Shown here: positions 10,901 through 20,310 of the stretch, one piece after another
Numbering within the stretch: position 1 is the first letter of the stretch
Layout: every line of letters starts with the position of its first letter
Source: Bacteroidetes bacterium MED-G20
GTDB lineage: Bacteria > Bacteroidota > Bacteroidia > Flavobacteriales_D > Parvicellaceae
Assembly: GCA_905181675.1 (NCBI GenBank)
Contig: CAJIYZ010000035.1
Span: 12,786 to 76,785, forward strand
DNA: 64,000 nucleotides
Direction: 5' to 3'
Notes under the pieces: generated by a model
Told to the model about the DNA's origin: nothing
The model's input: only the letters and a program-made list of their open reading frames with translations
Databases searched by the model: none
Translations under genes and position numbers: made by a program

Positions 10901-13900
10901 ATGATCCAGAAACAAGATGGGGAGGAATTATGAGAACATTAACTACCAATGATTTCGAGGCAGCAAACATTGAATTCATCCAGTTTTGGGTTATGGACCC
11001 TTTTAATGAAGACTCTGAGAACAGTTCTGGTGGTGAGTTTTACTTTAATTTAGGAAATGTTTCTGAGGATTTGCTAAGAGATGGTAGAAAGGCATTTGAA
11101 AACGGAATGCCACCAGATGGAGATTATGATGCCTATTCTAGCGAATTAGAATATACTTCTTGGGGCGTTGTTCCAAATACACAGGTAGTTGTCAATGCAT
11201 TTGACAATAATTTATCCTCTAGGCAATTTCAAGACATTGGTTTTGATGGATTATCTGACAATCAAGAATTGTCTTATTTCAATAATTATGTCTCAAAAAT
11301 ACAGAATCATATTTCTGATCCAAATACCCTATCTAATTTTTTAAATGACCCATCTGCAGATAATTTCAACTATTATCGAGATGACGATTATGACCAAGAA
11401 GAGTTAAGTATAAGAGACAGATACAAAAATTATAATAGTCCAGAAGGCAATTCTCCAACCTCTGAAATGTCGGACACTATGAATGCAGATCGCTATCCAA
11501 CTTCAGCATCTACTCTTCCCAATGTAGAAGATATAAACCTCGACAATAACCTCAGTGAATCTGAAAGTTATTTCCAATATAAAATTGATTTTAAGCCTAA
11601 CAAAATGGAAGTAGGTAAAAACTTCATTACAGATAAGGTTCTCTATATTGATCCAGATACTCAAAAGGAAGTTTATTGGTACCAGTTTAGAGTGCCGGTG
11701 ACTTCATTCTCAAAAAGAGTTAATGATATTCAAGATTTTAGATCTATAAGATTTATTAGAATGTTCCTTCACGGTTGGAGCGAAAATGTGACTCTAAGAT
11801 TCGCAAGACTGGAGCTTATTAGAGGAGAATGGAGAAGATATTTGGGCAGTTTATTGTCTAATGGAGAATTTATTCAAAATGAAGAAGCCAATACTTTTTT
11901 TAATGTCAGTGCTGTAAATCTTGAAGATAATGGAACTAGAGATCCAATTAATTATGTTTTACCAGAAGGAATAATAAGAGAAACTAACTATCAAACTGCA
12001 AATCTAGCCCAGCAAAATGAGCAAAGTTTGGTTCTAGATGTTTGTGGATTAAAAGATGGAGACTCAAGAGCAATTTATAGAAATGTGAATTTAGACATTA
12101 GAAATTATAATAAAATTCAAATGTTTGTTCACGGTGAATCTAATGCGGGTTCAGACCCTATTAACGACAACGAAGCCACAGTTTTCATAAGACTGGGAAC
12201 AGATTTTGTTTCCAATTATTATGAATATGAAATGCCAATTAAAGTTTCTCCATGGGGGAACAATGCTGCAAGTTCTGTATGGCCACAGGAAAATAATATG
12301 ACTGTTAATTTAAACCATTTAAAAGATTTAAAAAAGAATAGAAACTTTACTGAATCTAGCAACTTTGAAAGATTTACAAGAACAGATCCTGACAACCCAA
12401 GTTCTAATATTACAGTTGTTGGGAATCCTAATTTGCAGGGCTTAAAAACCATAATGATTGGAGTAAGAAATCCTAAGAGTAATGACCCAAATAATCAATG
12501 GAAACCAGATGATGGTTTAGAAAAATGTCTTGAATTATGGGTTAATGAATTAAGACTCAGTGATTTTAATGAAAATGGTGGTTGGGCTGCAATTGGTAGA
12601 ATGACAGCAAATTTAGCCGATTTTGCAGATTTGGCTGTTTCTGGAAATTATTCTACACCTGGATTTGGAAGCATAGAAAAAAGTGTTAGCGAAAGACAAC
12701 AAGAATTTATATACGGAGTAGATGCTTCCAGCACTATAAATTTGGACAAATTTTTTGGTGACCAATCTGGAATAAATTTACCTATGTATGTAGGTTATTC
12801 AAGAAACGTCATTAAACCACTTTATGACCCTTTAAGTCCGGATTTATTATTTGAAAGAGGGGCTAACGAAGAGGAAGTTTTTTGGAATGACAGGTTTTAC
12901 AATGGAATTGATTTAACAGAGAGAAAGTCTATTAATTTTACCAACATAAAGTTTGACAATAAGAAAAAAAGTAGACCTTCAAAAAAAGAAGTTTCAAAAA
13001 AAATTAATTCAAAATTAGCCTCTAATGAAGAGACACAAGAAAAGGAAGAAGAGCCAACTAAAGTAAAAAGGATTAAAAAACCCACCAATAAAATAGCCTT
13101 GCCATGGGATATTTCAAATTTCAGTTTAAACTATTCTTTCACCGAGTTGTCTCACAGAGATATCAATACAAGACAGGATCTACAAAGAAACTACTTAGGG
13201 TCGGTAAATTACTTGTACAATAGTAAAGTAAAACCGTTCGAGCCCTTCAAGAAAAATTCATTTCTTAGAAAATCAAAATGGTTAAGATTTGTAAGAGATT
13301 TCAATATCTATTTACTTCCAAAACAAATTGCGGTTAGATCCAATATGAACAGGACATACAATATTTTTTCAACAAGATATAATTTCCCTGGGGGAGAAAA
13401 TTTTGAAATTCCTCAATTTGGCAAACAGTTTAATTGGGATAGGAATTATGATTTTAAATACGATATAACTAAAAACTTAAAGTTTGATTTACAAGCAACT
13501 AATGGAGCATTTGTTCGAGAGACACCGGGGAAAATTGATTACGGAATATTTGGATACGATGACGAATTAGACCAAGAACTAGTTAATAACAGTCTTCGAA
13601 CATTTGGGGAGAACATGAACTACAATCATATTGGAAATGTGTCTTTTAAATGGCCCTTTAAGAAATTCCCTTTAACAGACTGGATTTCCTTGACCACAAG
13701 ATATACCGGGAATTTTGATTGGACTAGAGCACCCCTAGCCTTAGATAACGATACACTTTCAGTTGGAAATATTATTCAAAATTCCAGGGTTATTGCATGG
13801 TCTGGAAAATTGAATTTTATAACACTTTACAATAAAGTCCCTTACCTGAAGAAAGTAAATAAAAAATATGGCAACTCAAGAATGTCAAGAGCAAGAAGTA

Positions 13901-15405
13901 ATACAACCAAAGGAGGGTCAAAACCAAAGCCCAAACCAAGTGGAGAAAAGGAAGTGAAGACTAAGAAAGAGGAAAAAAAAGAGACCAAAGTATTAGATCA
14001 GTTTGCTAGAATTTTAATGTCTGTTAAAAGTGTTAATGCAACTTTTAATACCAACGATGGTATTATGCTTCCTGGATATGCAAATAAAACTAGTTTACTT
14101 GGAATGGATGATAAATGGATAGCTCCAGGAATGGAGTTTATATCAGGAGGATACCAAGAGAGAGATATGTTGGGCAATAAAACTAATTTTATTTTTGCTA
14201 ATCATGCAGCTGAAAATAATTGGTTAGTAGATACCAATAATTTCCAATATATAAGTACTCAATACGCAGTGAATCATACAGAAAACATGACTTTTAAAGC
14301 CTCTATAAAACCAATTAAAAGTTTAAGAATTGACCTTTCTGCAGATAGAAACCTAATGGAAAACAGGACTTCCAATTTGGGTGTTGGAGATAACAATTCC
14401 TTTGCGCTATTAAATAATCAGTTCAATGGATCTTTTAGCACTTCTACCATTTCATGGAAGACTGCTTTTGGTCAAGACATTATGAACGATACTACTTTAA
14501 CCAATCAGATTTGGGAAAATTTACTTTCCTACCGTTCTGAAATATCCCAATTAATGTCACAATCAAATCCCAATGCTTCTAACAATATTGAAAATTCTGG
14601 CTATTATTCGGGATACGACAGTACCCAGCAAGATGTAATTATCGGTGCTTTCATGTGTGCGTATTTAGGTGAGTCACCAACTTTAAGTAATATAAATCCA
14701 CTGAGCCAGAGAATTCCATTGCCTAATTGGAGAGTTACTTTTGATGGTCTAGGAAAGATTAAAGCTTTTAAAAAATACATAAAAAAGCTGTCTTTTACCC
14801 ATGCTTATCGCTCCAATTTTTCTTTAGGAAATTACACTACTAATCTAAGTGGACAATGGGATAGTGAAGGAAATGCAACTGAAACAGATATTGCTGGAAA
14901 CTACATTTCTCAAAAACAAATTATGACTATGAATATTTTAGAACAATTTGCTCCATTACTGGGTGTTGATCTTACGCTCTCTAACAATATGTCCGTCAAA
15001 TTTGAAATTAAAAAAGATCGAAATATTTCTTTAAGCTTAGCCAATAATCAAATTACTGAAATAAAGGGAAGTGAAATTAAATTTGGATCTGGATATACTT
15101 GGAGAAAATTATCACTGCCCATTAAAATTGCTGGAAAAACACTTGACCCAAGTGATTTAAGAATGAGGTTAGATGTTGCTGTTAGAGACAATAAAACCAT
15201 TATTAGAAAAATTGTAGAAAATCAAAATCAATATACTGCTGGTCAAACTGCGGTAACCATTCAGTTTTCAGGAGACTATAATTTAACCAAACAATTAATG
15301 CTAAGAATTTACTTTGATAGAAGGGTAAATACTCCACATGTTTCAAATTCTTTTCCAACTGCCAATACCAATGCTGGTTTTGCTCTTAGATTTCAACTGA
15401 GATAA
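7987..15405 (+). CDS. sprA: Type IX secretion translocon / gliding-motility protein SprA (Sov family)
   Basis: 2472-aa single ORF with a signal peptide and barrel-like C-terminus (...GFALRFQLR). Size and overall sequence character match SprA/Sov as I recall them. Only a TTG start (7987) is available after the ruvA stop. Confidence 0.88.
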   Translation: MQNNFFKSKAVLLIVLIILIGLKIEAKQYPYAPAIALDSPEIDLIFPINDPLDPTNFSLGLIDFQLPLNIQNNVNYNPLTGQYIFNSLLGDSLSFRPSSEVSLNDYLKMQHEKSMSDFWKKNLDEMSDYKYKTVEDEIKINEPPAKKIFGSDFVEIRPQGSAELSFGLNRSRTDNPVLPERNRSVTVFDFDQKIQMNLTGKIGDLMDLGFNYNTEATFDFDNQLNLDYSGKEDDILQKLEAGNVTLPLNSTLISGSQSLFGIKSELKFGKLTATTVLSQQKGQKKEIEVSGGAQLNEFEINADNYEENRHFFLSFHYRETYDQSMRTLPLITSGVQIQRIEVWVTNRNNTVQNTRNILCFTDLGEPKLNHLENQSWNSGPYPVPDNGHNALYNNITSNSNVRNYVNASNELSGPSYNMEQGIEFEKVENARMLSSNEFNYNSVLGFISLNQSLNNDQVLGVSYQYTYAGKTYQVGELSTDGVAGQSALFLKLLKSTVRNPKKKLWDLMMKNVYSLGAYQVDPNNFRLDIWYNNPLTSIDINYIPKTGVDDKLLIQLLDLDRLNQQQQMYQDGLFDFVPITSIQGKIPNGGTINPRNGRLYFTTVEPFGKTLKQKMINEGISSTIIDKVAFTQLYDSTKTAAQQLPEINRFKIKGSYQSSVSSEISLNAMNIPQGSVVVTAGGQILIEGSQYMVDYNLGRVKILDDGILSSGTPIKISLESNSLFSVQMKTLLGTHLDYKINKDANIGATILKLKERPLTPKVNAGDEPISNTMLGLDGGFRKEVPSLTKLVDMLPFIETKKKSMVNFSGELAALIPGHNKAIDITQENGSSYIDDFEGSQSAIDIRTINNWVLASVPQGQPDLFPEASLYNDINYGKNRAKFSWYVIDPLFHSRTSSLTPNHIKGSAFQDNHLMRQVLVDEVFPNKQLGTGQLTNIPVFDISYYPKERGPYNFDVESSNYSSGINPSNGELNDPETRWGGIMRTLTTNDFEAANIEFIQFWVMDPFNEDSENSSGGEFYFNLGNVSEDLLRDGRKAFENGMPPDGDYDAYSSELEYTSWGVVPNTQVVVNAFDNNLSSRQFQDIGFDGLSDNQELSYFNNYVSKIQNHISDPNTLSNFLNDPSADNFNYYRDDDYDQEELSIRDRYKNYNSPEGNSPTSEMSDTMNADRYPTSASTLPNVEDINLDNNLSESESYFQYKIDFKPNKMEVGKNFITDKVLYIDPDTQKEVYWYQFRVPVTSFSKRVNDIQDFRSIRFIRMFLHGWSENVTLRFARLELIRGEWRRYLGSLLSNGEFIQNEEANTFFNVSAVNLEDNGTRDPINYVLPEGIIRETNYQTANLAQQNEQSLVLDVCGLKDGDSRAIYRNVNLDIRNYNKIQMFVHGESNAGSDPINDNEATVFIRLGTDFVSNYYEYEMPIKVSPWGNNAASSVWPQENNMTVNLNHLKDLKKNRNFTESSNFERFTRTDPDNPSSNITVVGNPNLQGLKTIMIGVRNPKSNDPNNQWKPDDGLEKCLELWVNELRLSDFNENGGWAAIGRMTANLADFADLAVSGNYSTPGFGSIEKSVSERQQEFIYGVDASSTINLDKFFGDQSGINLPMYVGYSRNVIKPLYDPLSPDLLFERGANEEEVFWNDRFYNGIDLTERKSINFTNIKFDNKKKSRPSKKEVSKKINSKLASNEETQEKEEEPTKVKRIKKPTNKIALPWDISNFSLNYSFTELSHRDINTRQDLQRNYLGSVNYLYNSKVKPFEPFKKNSFLRKSKWLRFVRDFNIYLLPKQIAVRSNMNRTYNIFSTRYNFPGGENFEIPQFGKQFNWDRNYDFKYDITKNLKFDLQATNGAFVRETPGKIDYGIFGYDDELDQELVNNSLRTFGENMNYNHIGNVSFKWPFKKFPLTDWISLTTRYTGNFDWTRAPLALDNDTLSVGNIIQNSRVIAWSGKLNFITLYNKVPYLKKVNKKYGNSRMSRARSNTTKGGSKPKPKPSGEKEVKTKKEEKKETKVLDQFARILMSVKSVNATFNTNDGIMLPGYANKTSLLGMDDKWIAPGMEFISGGYQERDMLGNKTNFIFANHAAENNWLVDTNNFQYISTQYAVNHTENMTFKASIKPIKSLRIDLSADRNLMENRTSNLGVGDNNSFALLNNQFNGSFSTSTISWKTAFGQDIMNDTTLTNQIWENLLSYRSEISQLMSQSNPNASNNIENSGYYSGYDSTQQDVIIGAFMCAYLGESPTLSNINPLSQRIPLPNWRVTFDGLGKIKAFKKYIKKLSFTHAYRSNFSLGNYTTNLSGQWDSEGNATETDIAGNYISQKQIMTMNILEQFAPLLGVDLTLSNNMSVKFEIKKDRNISLSLANNQITEIKGSEIKFGSGYTWRKLSLPIKIAGKTLDPSDLRMRLDVAVRDNKTIIRKIVENQNQYTAGQTAVTIQFSGDYNLTKQLMLRIYFDRRVNTPHVSNSFPTANTNAGFALRFQLR

Positions 15406-15441
15406 TCCTTTTTTTTGTTAATTTGTCAAAAATTTAAAATC

Positions 15442-15819
15442 ATGAACGTTCCTGAAAATTTAAAATACACAAGTGACCATGAATGGGTAAAAGTAGATGG
15501 CGATATTGCAACTATTGGAATAACCCACTTTGCACAAGGTGAATTAGGAGATATTGTATATGTAGAAGTGGATACTTTAGGTGAGAGCCTAGACAAAGAA
15601 GAAGTTTTTGGAACTGTTGAGGCTGTTAAAACAGTTTCGGATCTTTTCATGCCAATAAGTGGAGAAATATTAGAATTTAATGAGTCTTTAGAAACAAATC
15701 CAGAAAAAGTTAATGAAAATCCATACGTTGACGGATGGATGATTAAGATAAAAATTAGTGATGTTTCTCAGTTAGATGAATTATTATCGCCAGAAGATTA
15801 CCAAAACACTATTAGTTAA
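15442..15819 (+). CDS. gcvH: Glycine cleavage system H protein
   Basis: MNVPENLKYTSDHEWVK...GITHFAQGELGDIVYVE and the lipoyl-lysine context VEAVKTVSDL. The ATG at 15442 is preferred over the upstream extension at 15415. Confidence 0.92.
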   Translation: MNVPENLKYTSDHEWVKVDGDIATIGITHFAQGELGDIVYVEVDTLGESLDKEEVFGTVEAVKTVSDLFMPISGEILEFNESLETNPEKVNENPYVDGWMIKIKISDVSQLDELLSPEDYQNTIS

Positions 15820-15879
15820 TTGTCTTTATGGTATGGTTTTTGAACATTTTAATTTAATTAGTTAGTTTTACAAGATAAT

Positions 15880-16560
15880 ATGAAACCAAAGAAAAATTTA
15901 GATGTAGATGCAGAAGACATGAAGTCAAGGACTGTTTATGTTCTTTCAGGACTTGTGTTGGTGACTGCTATAATTTTGTGTCTTGTTGAGTATAAAAAGA
16001 TTGATTTAGCGGGAGCCAGTATTGAGTCTTCCTTATCTGCACTTGAAGATGAAGAAGTGGTTGAAATAAATCCCAATACACCACCTCCGCCGCCGCCGCC
16101 GCCGCCGCCGCCAGCTCCACCAGAAGAAGTAGAAGTTTTAGAAGAAGAAGACGAAAGAGAAGAAACCAATGTTATTATAATTGACCAAGAAGCAGATATA
16201 GATATTGTAATTGAAGTAGAAGAAGAACCAGAACCAGTTGTTGAGCAAATTTTTGATGTTGTTGAAGAAAATCCAGAATTTGTAGGCGGAATGCAAAAGC
16301 TTTATGAATACCTAGGAAAGAATATTCAATATCCAGAAATGGCAAAAGAAAATGGAATTCAGGGAAAAGTTTTTGTTCAGTTTGTAGTTTGGAAAGACGG
16401 AACTATTAAAGATGTCAAGATAGTAAAGGGCGTTCACAAAACTTTAGATGGAGAAGCTCAGAGAGTAGTTAAATCCATGCCTAAATGGACTCCAGGCAAA
16501 CAAAGAGGGACTGCTGTAAACGCAAGATTCACGCTTCCAATTAAGTTTAGAATTAGTTAA
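15880..16560 (+). CDS. TonB-family energy transducer (N-terminal anchor, Pro/Glu-rich spacer, C-terminal TonB domain)
   Basis: One TM helix, a PPPPPPPPPPPAPPEE spacer, and a C-terminal domain PEFVGG...YPEMAKENGIQGKVFVQFVV.KDG....KIVKG typical of TonB_C. Confidence 0.8.
   Translation: MKPKKNLDVDAEDMKSRTVYVLSGLVLVTAIILCLVEYKKIDLAGASIESSLSALEDEEVVEINPNTPPPPPPPPPPPAPPEEVEVLEEEDEREETNVIIIDQEADIDIVIEVEEEPEPVVEQIFDVVEENPEFVGGMQKLYEYLGKNIQYPEMAKENGIQGKVFVQFVVWKDGTIKDVKIVKGVHKTLDGEAQRVVKSMPKWTPGKQRGTAVNARFTLPIKFRIS
16087..16110 (+). repeat. (CCG)8 perfect trinucleotide repeat inside the TonB-like proline tract
   Basis: Read directly: cca cct (ccg)x8 cca gct cca cca. A pure-GC microsatellite in an AT-rich background. 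Confidence 0.95.
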
Positions 16561-17819
16561 ATTATCATTCCTGACCCTACTGTATTATTGGTGCTTTCGT
16601 CAATAATTATTAGACTTCCTGTAGTTCTGTTAATATTGTATTTATCTACAAATAAAGGCTTTGTTACTCTAACAGCTATTCTTGCTATATCGTTACAATT
16701 GATGCTTTTATCTTCAGTGTCTCTGTGAAGGGAGTTAATATCTACTTTATATAAGATTTCTTTAACTATACATCTAACTTCATTAGTGGTGTGTTTAATA
16801 GTATATTTTCCTCTACTTAAAAGTGGCTTTTCTCCCATCCAGCAAACCATCATTTCTATATCCTGAAGTATTTCAGGTTGATTTTTTACTCTAACAATCA
16901 TATCCCCTCTGCTCACATCTAAATCGTCTTCTAAAGTCATGGTTACCGACATTGGAGCGAAGGCTTCTTCTAATTCATTGTCAAATATTTGTATAGATTT
17001 AATTCTTGATTGAAACCCCGAAGGCAACAATACGACTTCATCATTTTTTTTAAAAACTCCGCCTGCAATTCTTCCTGCATATCCTCTAAAATCGTGAAAC
17101 TCTTCTTTTTGAGGTCTTATAACATGTTGTACTGGAAATCTACAATCAATAAGGTTTTGATCAGAGGCTATATGAATATTTTCCAAAGTATGTAATAATG
17201 TACTTCCTTCGTACCAATTCATGTTTTTAGATCTGTTTACTACATTGTCGCCATTTAAAGCACTTATGGGTAGAAATCGAATGTCTTTTGTGGTTAGCTT
17301 AGAGCTGAAATCAACCAATTCTTTTTTTGTTTTTTCAAAAACTTCTTCTTCATGGTTTACTAAGTCCATTTTGTTAATACAGTAAATAATATGTGGAATT
17401 CCCAATAATGAAGCAATGAAAGAATGTCTTTTAGTTTGCTCAACAATTCCTTTTCTAGCATCTACTAAAATGATTGCTAGATTGGCAGTGCTTGCTCCTG
17501 TGACCATATTTCTAGTGTACTGAACATGACCTGGAGTGTCAGCAATTATAAATTTTCTTTTTGGAGTTGCGAAGTATCTGTATGCGACATCTATAGTTAT
17601 TCCTTGCTCTCTCTCTGCTCTTAATCCATCGGTAAGTAAAGCTAAATTTACTTTTTCTTCTCCTTTATTTGAGCTAGCAATTTCAATGGCTTCCATTTGG
17701 TCTTCAAAAATAGATTTACTGTCGTAAAGCAATCTACCAATTAAAGTGCTTTTCCCGTCATCTACACTTCCTGCAGTAGTAAAGCGTAAAAGATCCATAT
17801 TTAAATATTGGTCACTCAT
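16557..17819 (-). CDS. cysN: Sulfate adenylyltransferase subunit 1 (GTPase)
   Basis: LRFTTAGSVDDGKSTLIGRLL (G1), DTPGH (G3) and NKMD (G4). At 420 aa there is no fused APS-kinase domain. Confidence 0.9.
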   Translation of the reverse strand: MSDQYLNMDLLRFTTAGSVDDGKSTLIGRLLYDSKSIFEDQMEAIEIASSNKGEEKVNLALLTDGLRAEREQGITIDVAYRYFATPKRKFIIADTPGHVQYTRNMVTGASTANLAIILVDARKGIVEQTKRHSFIASLLGIPHIIYCINKMDLVNHEEEVFEKTKKELVDFSSKLTTKDIRFLPISALNGDNVVNRSKNMNWYEGSTLLHTLENIHIASDQNLIDCRFPVQHVIRPQKEEFHDFRGYAGRIAGGVFKKNDEVVLLPSGFQSRIKSIQIFDNELEEAFAPMSVTMTLEDDLDVSRGDMIVRVKNQPEILQDIEMMVCWMGEKPLLSRGKYTIKHTTNEVRCIVKEILYKVDINSLHRDTEDKSINCNDIARIAVRVTKPLFVDKYNINRTTGSLIIIDESTNNTVGSGMII

Positions 17820-17821
17820 TT

Positions 17822-18727
17822 TTAAAAATAGCCCTCTTTTTTTCTATCTTCCATAGCAGCTTCAGATCTTTTATCGTCAGCTCTACCTCCTCTTTCTGTA
17901 ATTCTTGAAGAACTTACTTCATCTATAATCTTTTCTAGGTTGTCAGCATTTGAAATAGTTGCACCTGTACAAGTAGCATCTCCAATAGTTCTAAAACGAA
18001 CTTGCATCTTAGTAATTTCCTCTTCTGGTTTTGTTAGAGTAAAACTCGTTTTAGCCATAACAACACCATTTCTAATAAAACAATCTCTTTGATGTGAAAA
18101 ATATAGAGAAGGAATTTTTATTTTTTCTTGTAGTATATACTGCCAAATATCCATTTCTGTCCAATTACTAATAGGAAATGCTCTGAAATGTTCACCAAAA
18201 CTCTTTTTACCATTAAATAAATTCCATAATTCTGGTCTTTGGTTTTTTGGATCCCATTGTCCAAAATCATCTCTATGAGAAAAAAATCTTTCTTTGGCCC
18301 TAGCCTTTTCTTCGTCTCTTCTAGCTCCTCCCATTGCGCAATCAAATTGATGATGTTCAATTGCATCTAAAAGAGTAGTGGTCTGTAGTTTATTTCTACT
18401 AGAATTAATTCCTTTTTCTTCCTTGACTTTGCCATCATCAATAGATTTTTGAACAGAAGCAATAATAAGTCTTGCATTTGTTTCTTTTACTAATTCATCA
18501 CGAAACTTGTAAAGTTCTTCAAAGTTATGTCCTGTATCTATATGCATTAGTGGAAAAGGCACATTTGCAGGGTAGAATGCTTTTCTTGCCAAATGATGGC
18601 AAACTATAGAGTCTTTTCCTCCAGAGAAAAGAAGAACAGGATTCTCAAACTGAGCAACTACTTCTCTAATAATAAAGATTGATTCAGCTTCTAACTCTTT
18701 TAAATGAGTTAAATGGTATCTATTCAT
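17822..18727 (-). CDS. cysD: Sulfate adenylyltransferase subunit 2
   Basis: LKELEAESIFIIREV...PVLLFSGGKDS (PP-loop) and the C-terminal ...RAGRADDKRSEAAMEDRKKEGYF are typical of CysD. Confidence 0.92.
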   Translation of the reverse strand: MNRYHLTHLKELEAESIFIIREVVAQFENPVLLFSGGKDSIVCHHLARKAFYPANVPFPLMHIDTGHNFEELYKFRDELVKETNARLIIASVQKSIDDGKVKEEKGINSSRNKLQTTTLLDAIEHHQFDCAMGGARRDEEKARAKERFFSHRDDFGQWDPKNQRPELWNLFNGKKSFGEHFRAFPISNWTEMDIWQYILQEKIKIPSLYFSHQRDCFIRNGVVMAKTSFTLTKPEEEITKMQVRFRTIGDATCTGATISNADNLEKIIDEVSSSRITERGGRADDKRSEAAMEDRKKEGYF

Positions 18728-19323
18728 CTTAATTCACTAATTAATGGAAAAACAAATTTATATAAAATTTCAGAGGATTCTTCAATATTTATTTCCTTAG
18801 TAGGTATAATTAAGCTAGGTTTTATAGGTGTTTCATAACTTGAGGAAACCCCCGTAAAATTCAAAACTTTTCCACTTCGAGCTTTTTGATACAAGCCTTT
18901 AGTATCTCGAATTTCACAATCTTCAAGTGAAGTGGCTATGAATACTTCATGAAAGTTTTTGTCTCCAACAATTTTCTTTGCTATATCTCGCATGTTTTTT
19001 TTAGGACTAACCAAACAGCATATGGTAACAATACCACAATCCACAAATAATTTAGATATTTCTGCAGTTCTTCTTATATTTTCCATTCTGTCCTCATCGC
19101 TAAAAGTTAAATTCCTATTAACCCCAAGTCTAATATTATCCCCGTCTAGTACTTTGGTAATGAAACCTTCAATGTGTAATTTTTTAGATACAGTTTTTGC
19201 AATACTAGTTTTGCCAGAACCCGATAATCCTGTAAGCCAAAGGCAAATTCCTTTTTGTTTCAATAGCTTTTCCTTTTCAGCTTTTGAAATTAATTCATGA
19301 TTGGAGGAAAAAAGGTTATCCAT
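18724..19323 (-). CDS. cysC: Adenylyl-sulfate (APS) kinase
   Basis: CLWLTGLSGSGKTSIA (P-loop), LDGDNIR..LN..L.FS..DR.ENIRR. 4-nt overlap with cysD. Confidence 0.9.
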   Translation of the reverse strand: MDNLFSSNHELISKAEKEKLLKQKGICLWLTGLSGSGKTSIAKTVSKKLHIEGFITKVLDGDNIRLGVNRNLTFSDEDRMENIRRTAEISKLFVDCGIVTICCLVSPKKNMRDIAKKIVGDKNFHEVFIATSLEDCEIRDTKGLYQKARSGKVLNFTGVSSSYETPIKPSLIIPTKEINIEESSEILYKFVFPLISELR

Positions 19324-19381
19324 AAAATATTTCTAAATATTATTAATAATCCATAAAATATAACATTAAACTACGAATCAT

Positions 19382-19389
19382 TATCTTTG
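19382..19389 (+). promoter_or_regulatory. Putative Bacteroidota -7 promoter box (TAnnTTTG)
   Basis: TATCTTTG lies 24 nt upstream of the ATG at 19414. It overlaps the TTG (19387) used by the ORF track, which argues for the ATG start. Confidence 0.35.
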
Positions 19390-19413
19390 GTAAGAAGAAT
19401 TTTTTCAATTTCA

Positions 19414-20307
19414 ATGAAATTACACTTAAAAACAAAAGTAGATAAATTGGGCATAGATGATCGAGTGTCAAGAATTACTAAGAGAAGTTTGAAAAGTGAA
19501 GCCAAGTTTCAAGGTCTAAAAATGATTTTGAGCATGATAGATCTGACTACTTTAGAGGGTATGGACACAACAAAGAGCGTTGAACAACTTTGTTATAAAG
19601 CGACCCATCTTCACAAAGAATTGCCTGATTTGCCAAATGTTGCCGCTGTTTGTGTATACCCAAATATGGTAAAAACCGCTTCAAATTTTCTAAAAGATTG
19701 TGAAGTTAAAGTAGCAAGTGTAGCAACAGCATTTCCAAGTGGAAATTCGTCAATAGAGGTTAAGATCCAAGAAACAAATGAAGCTATTTCCAATGGGGCA
19801 GATGAGATAGATATGGTTATTAGTAGAGGGAAATTTCATTCTGGAGAATACAATTATGTTTTTGATGAAATAGCAACCATTAAAGAAAGTTGTGGTAACC
19901 ATGCTAGGTTGAAAGTTATTTTAGAAACTGGAGAATTAGGAGATTATGACCATATTAGATTAGCAAGCGAAATTGCAATTAAAGCAGGTGCAGATTTTAT
20001 AAAAACCTCTACTGGCAAAATTAAATCTGCCGCAACTTTGCCAATAACACTTGTGATGTTGGAAGCAATTAAAGACCACTATTATACTACTGGAAAAATG
20101 GTTGGAATGAAACCTGCTGGAGGAATTTCTAATTCTAAACTAGCGCTTCAATATCTATTATTGGTAAAAGAAACTTTAGGTAATTTGTGGTTGGATAAAC
20201 ATTGGTTTAGATTTGGGGCTAGTAGTTTAGCCAATGATGTTTTAATGCAGATTTTAAAACAAAAAACAGGATTCTATCAATCCAATAATTATTTTTCAAA
20301 AGATTAG
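19414..20307 (+). CDS. deoC: Deoxyribose-phosphate aldolase (long, eukaryote-like DERA form)
   Basis: MIDLTTLEG, VAAVCVYP, ADEIDMVI and GADFIKTSTGK (Schiff-base Lys context). Start taken at the ATG 19414 rather than the TTG 19387. Confidence 0.85.
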   Translation: MKLHLKTKVDKLGIDDRVSRITKRSLKSEAKFQGLKMILSMIDLTTLEGMDTTKSVEQLCYKATHLHKELPDLPNVAAVCVYPNMVKTASNFLKDCEVKVASVATAFPSGNSSIEVKIQETNEAISNGADEIDMVISRGKFHSGEYNYVFDEIATIKESCGNHARLKVILETGELGDYDHIRLASEIAIKAGADFIKTSTGKIKSAATLPITLVMLEAIKDHYYTTGKMVGMKPAGGISNSKLALQYLLLVKETLGNLWLDKHWFRFGASSLANDVLMQILKQKTGFYQSNNYFSKD

Positions 20308-20310
20308 TCC

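Noticed and set aside
15406-15441. Looked for a glycine riboswitch in front of gcvH
   Set aside because: The spacer is only 36 nt and has no aptamer-like conserved segments.
15936-16169. 77-aa minus-strand ORF with a poly-Gly run
   Set aside because: It is simply the reverse complement of the (CCG)8/proline tract and the acidic spacer of the TonB-like gene, so it is an antisense artefact.
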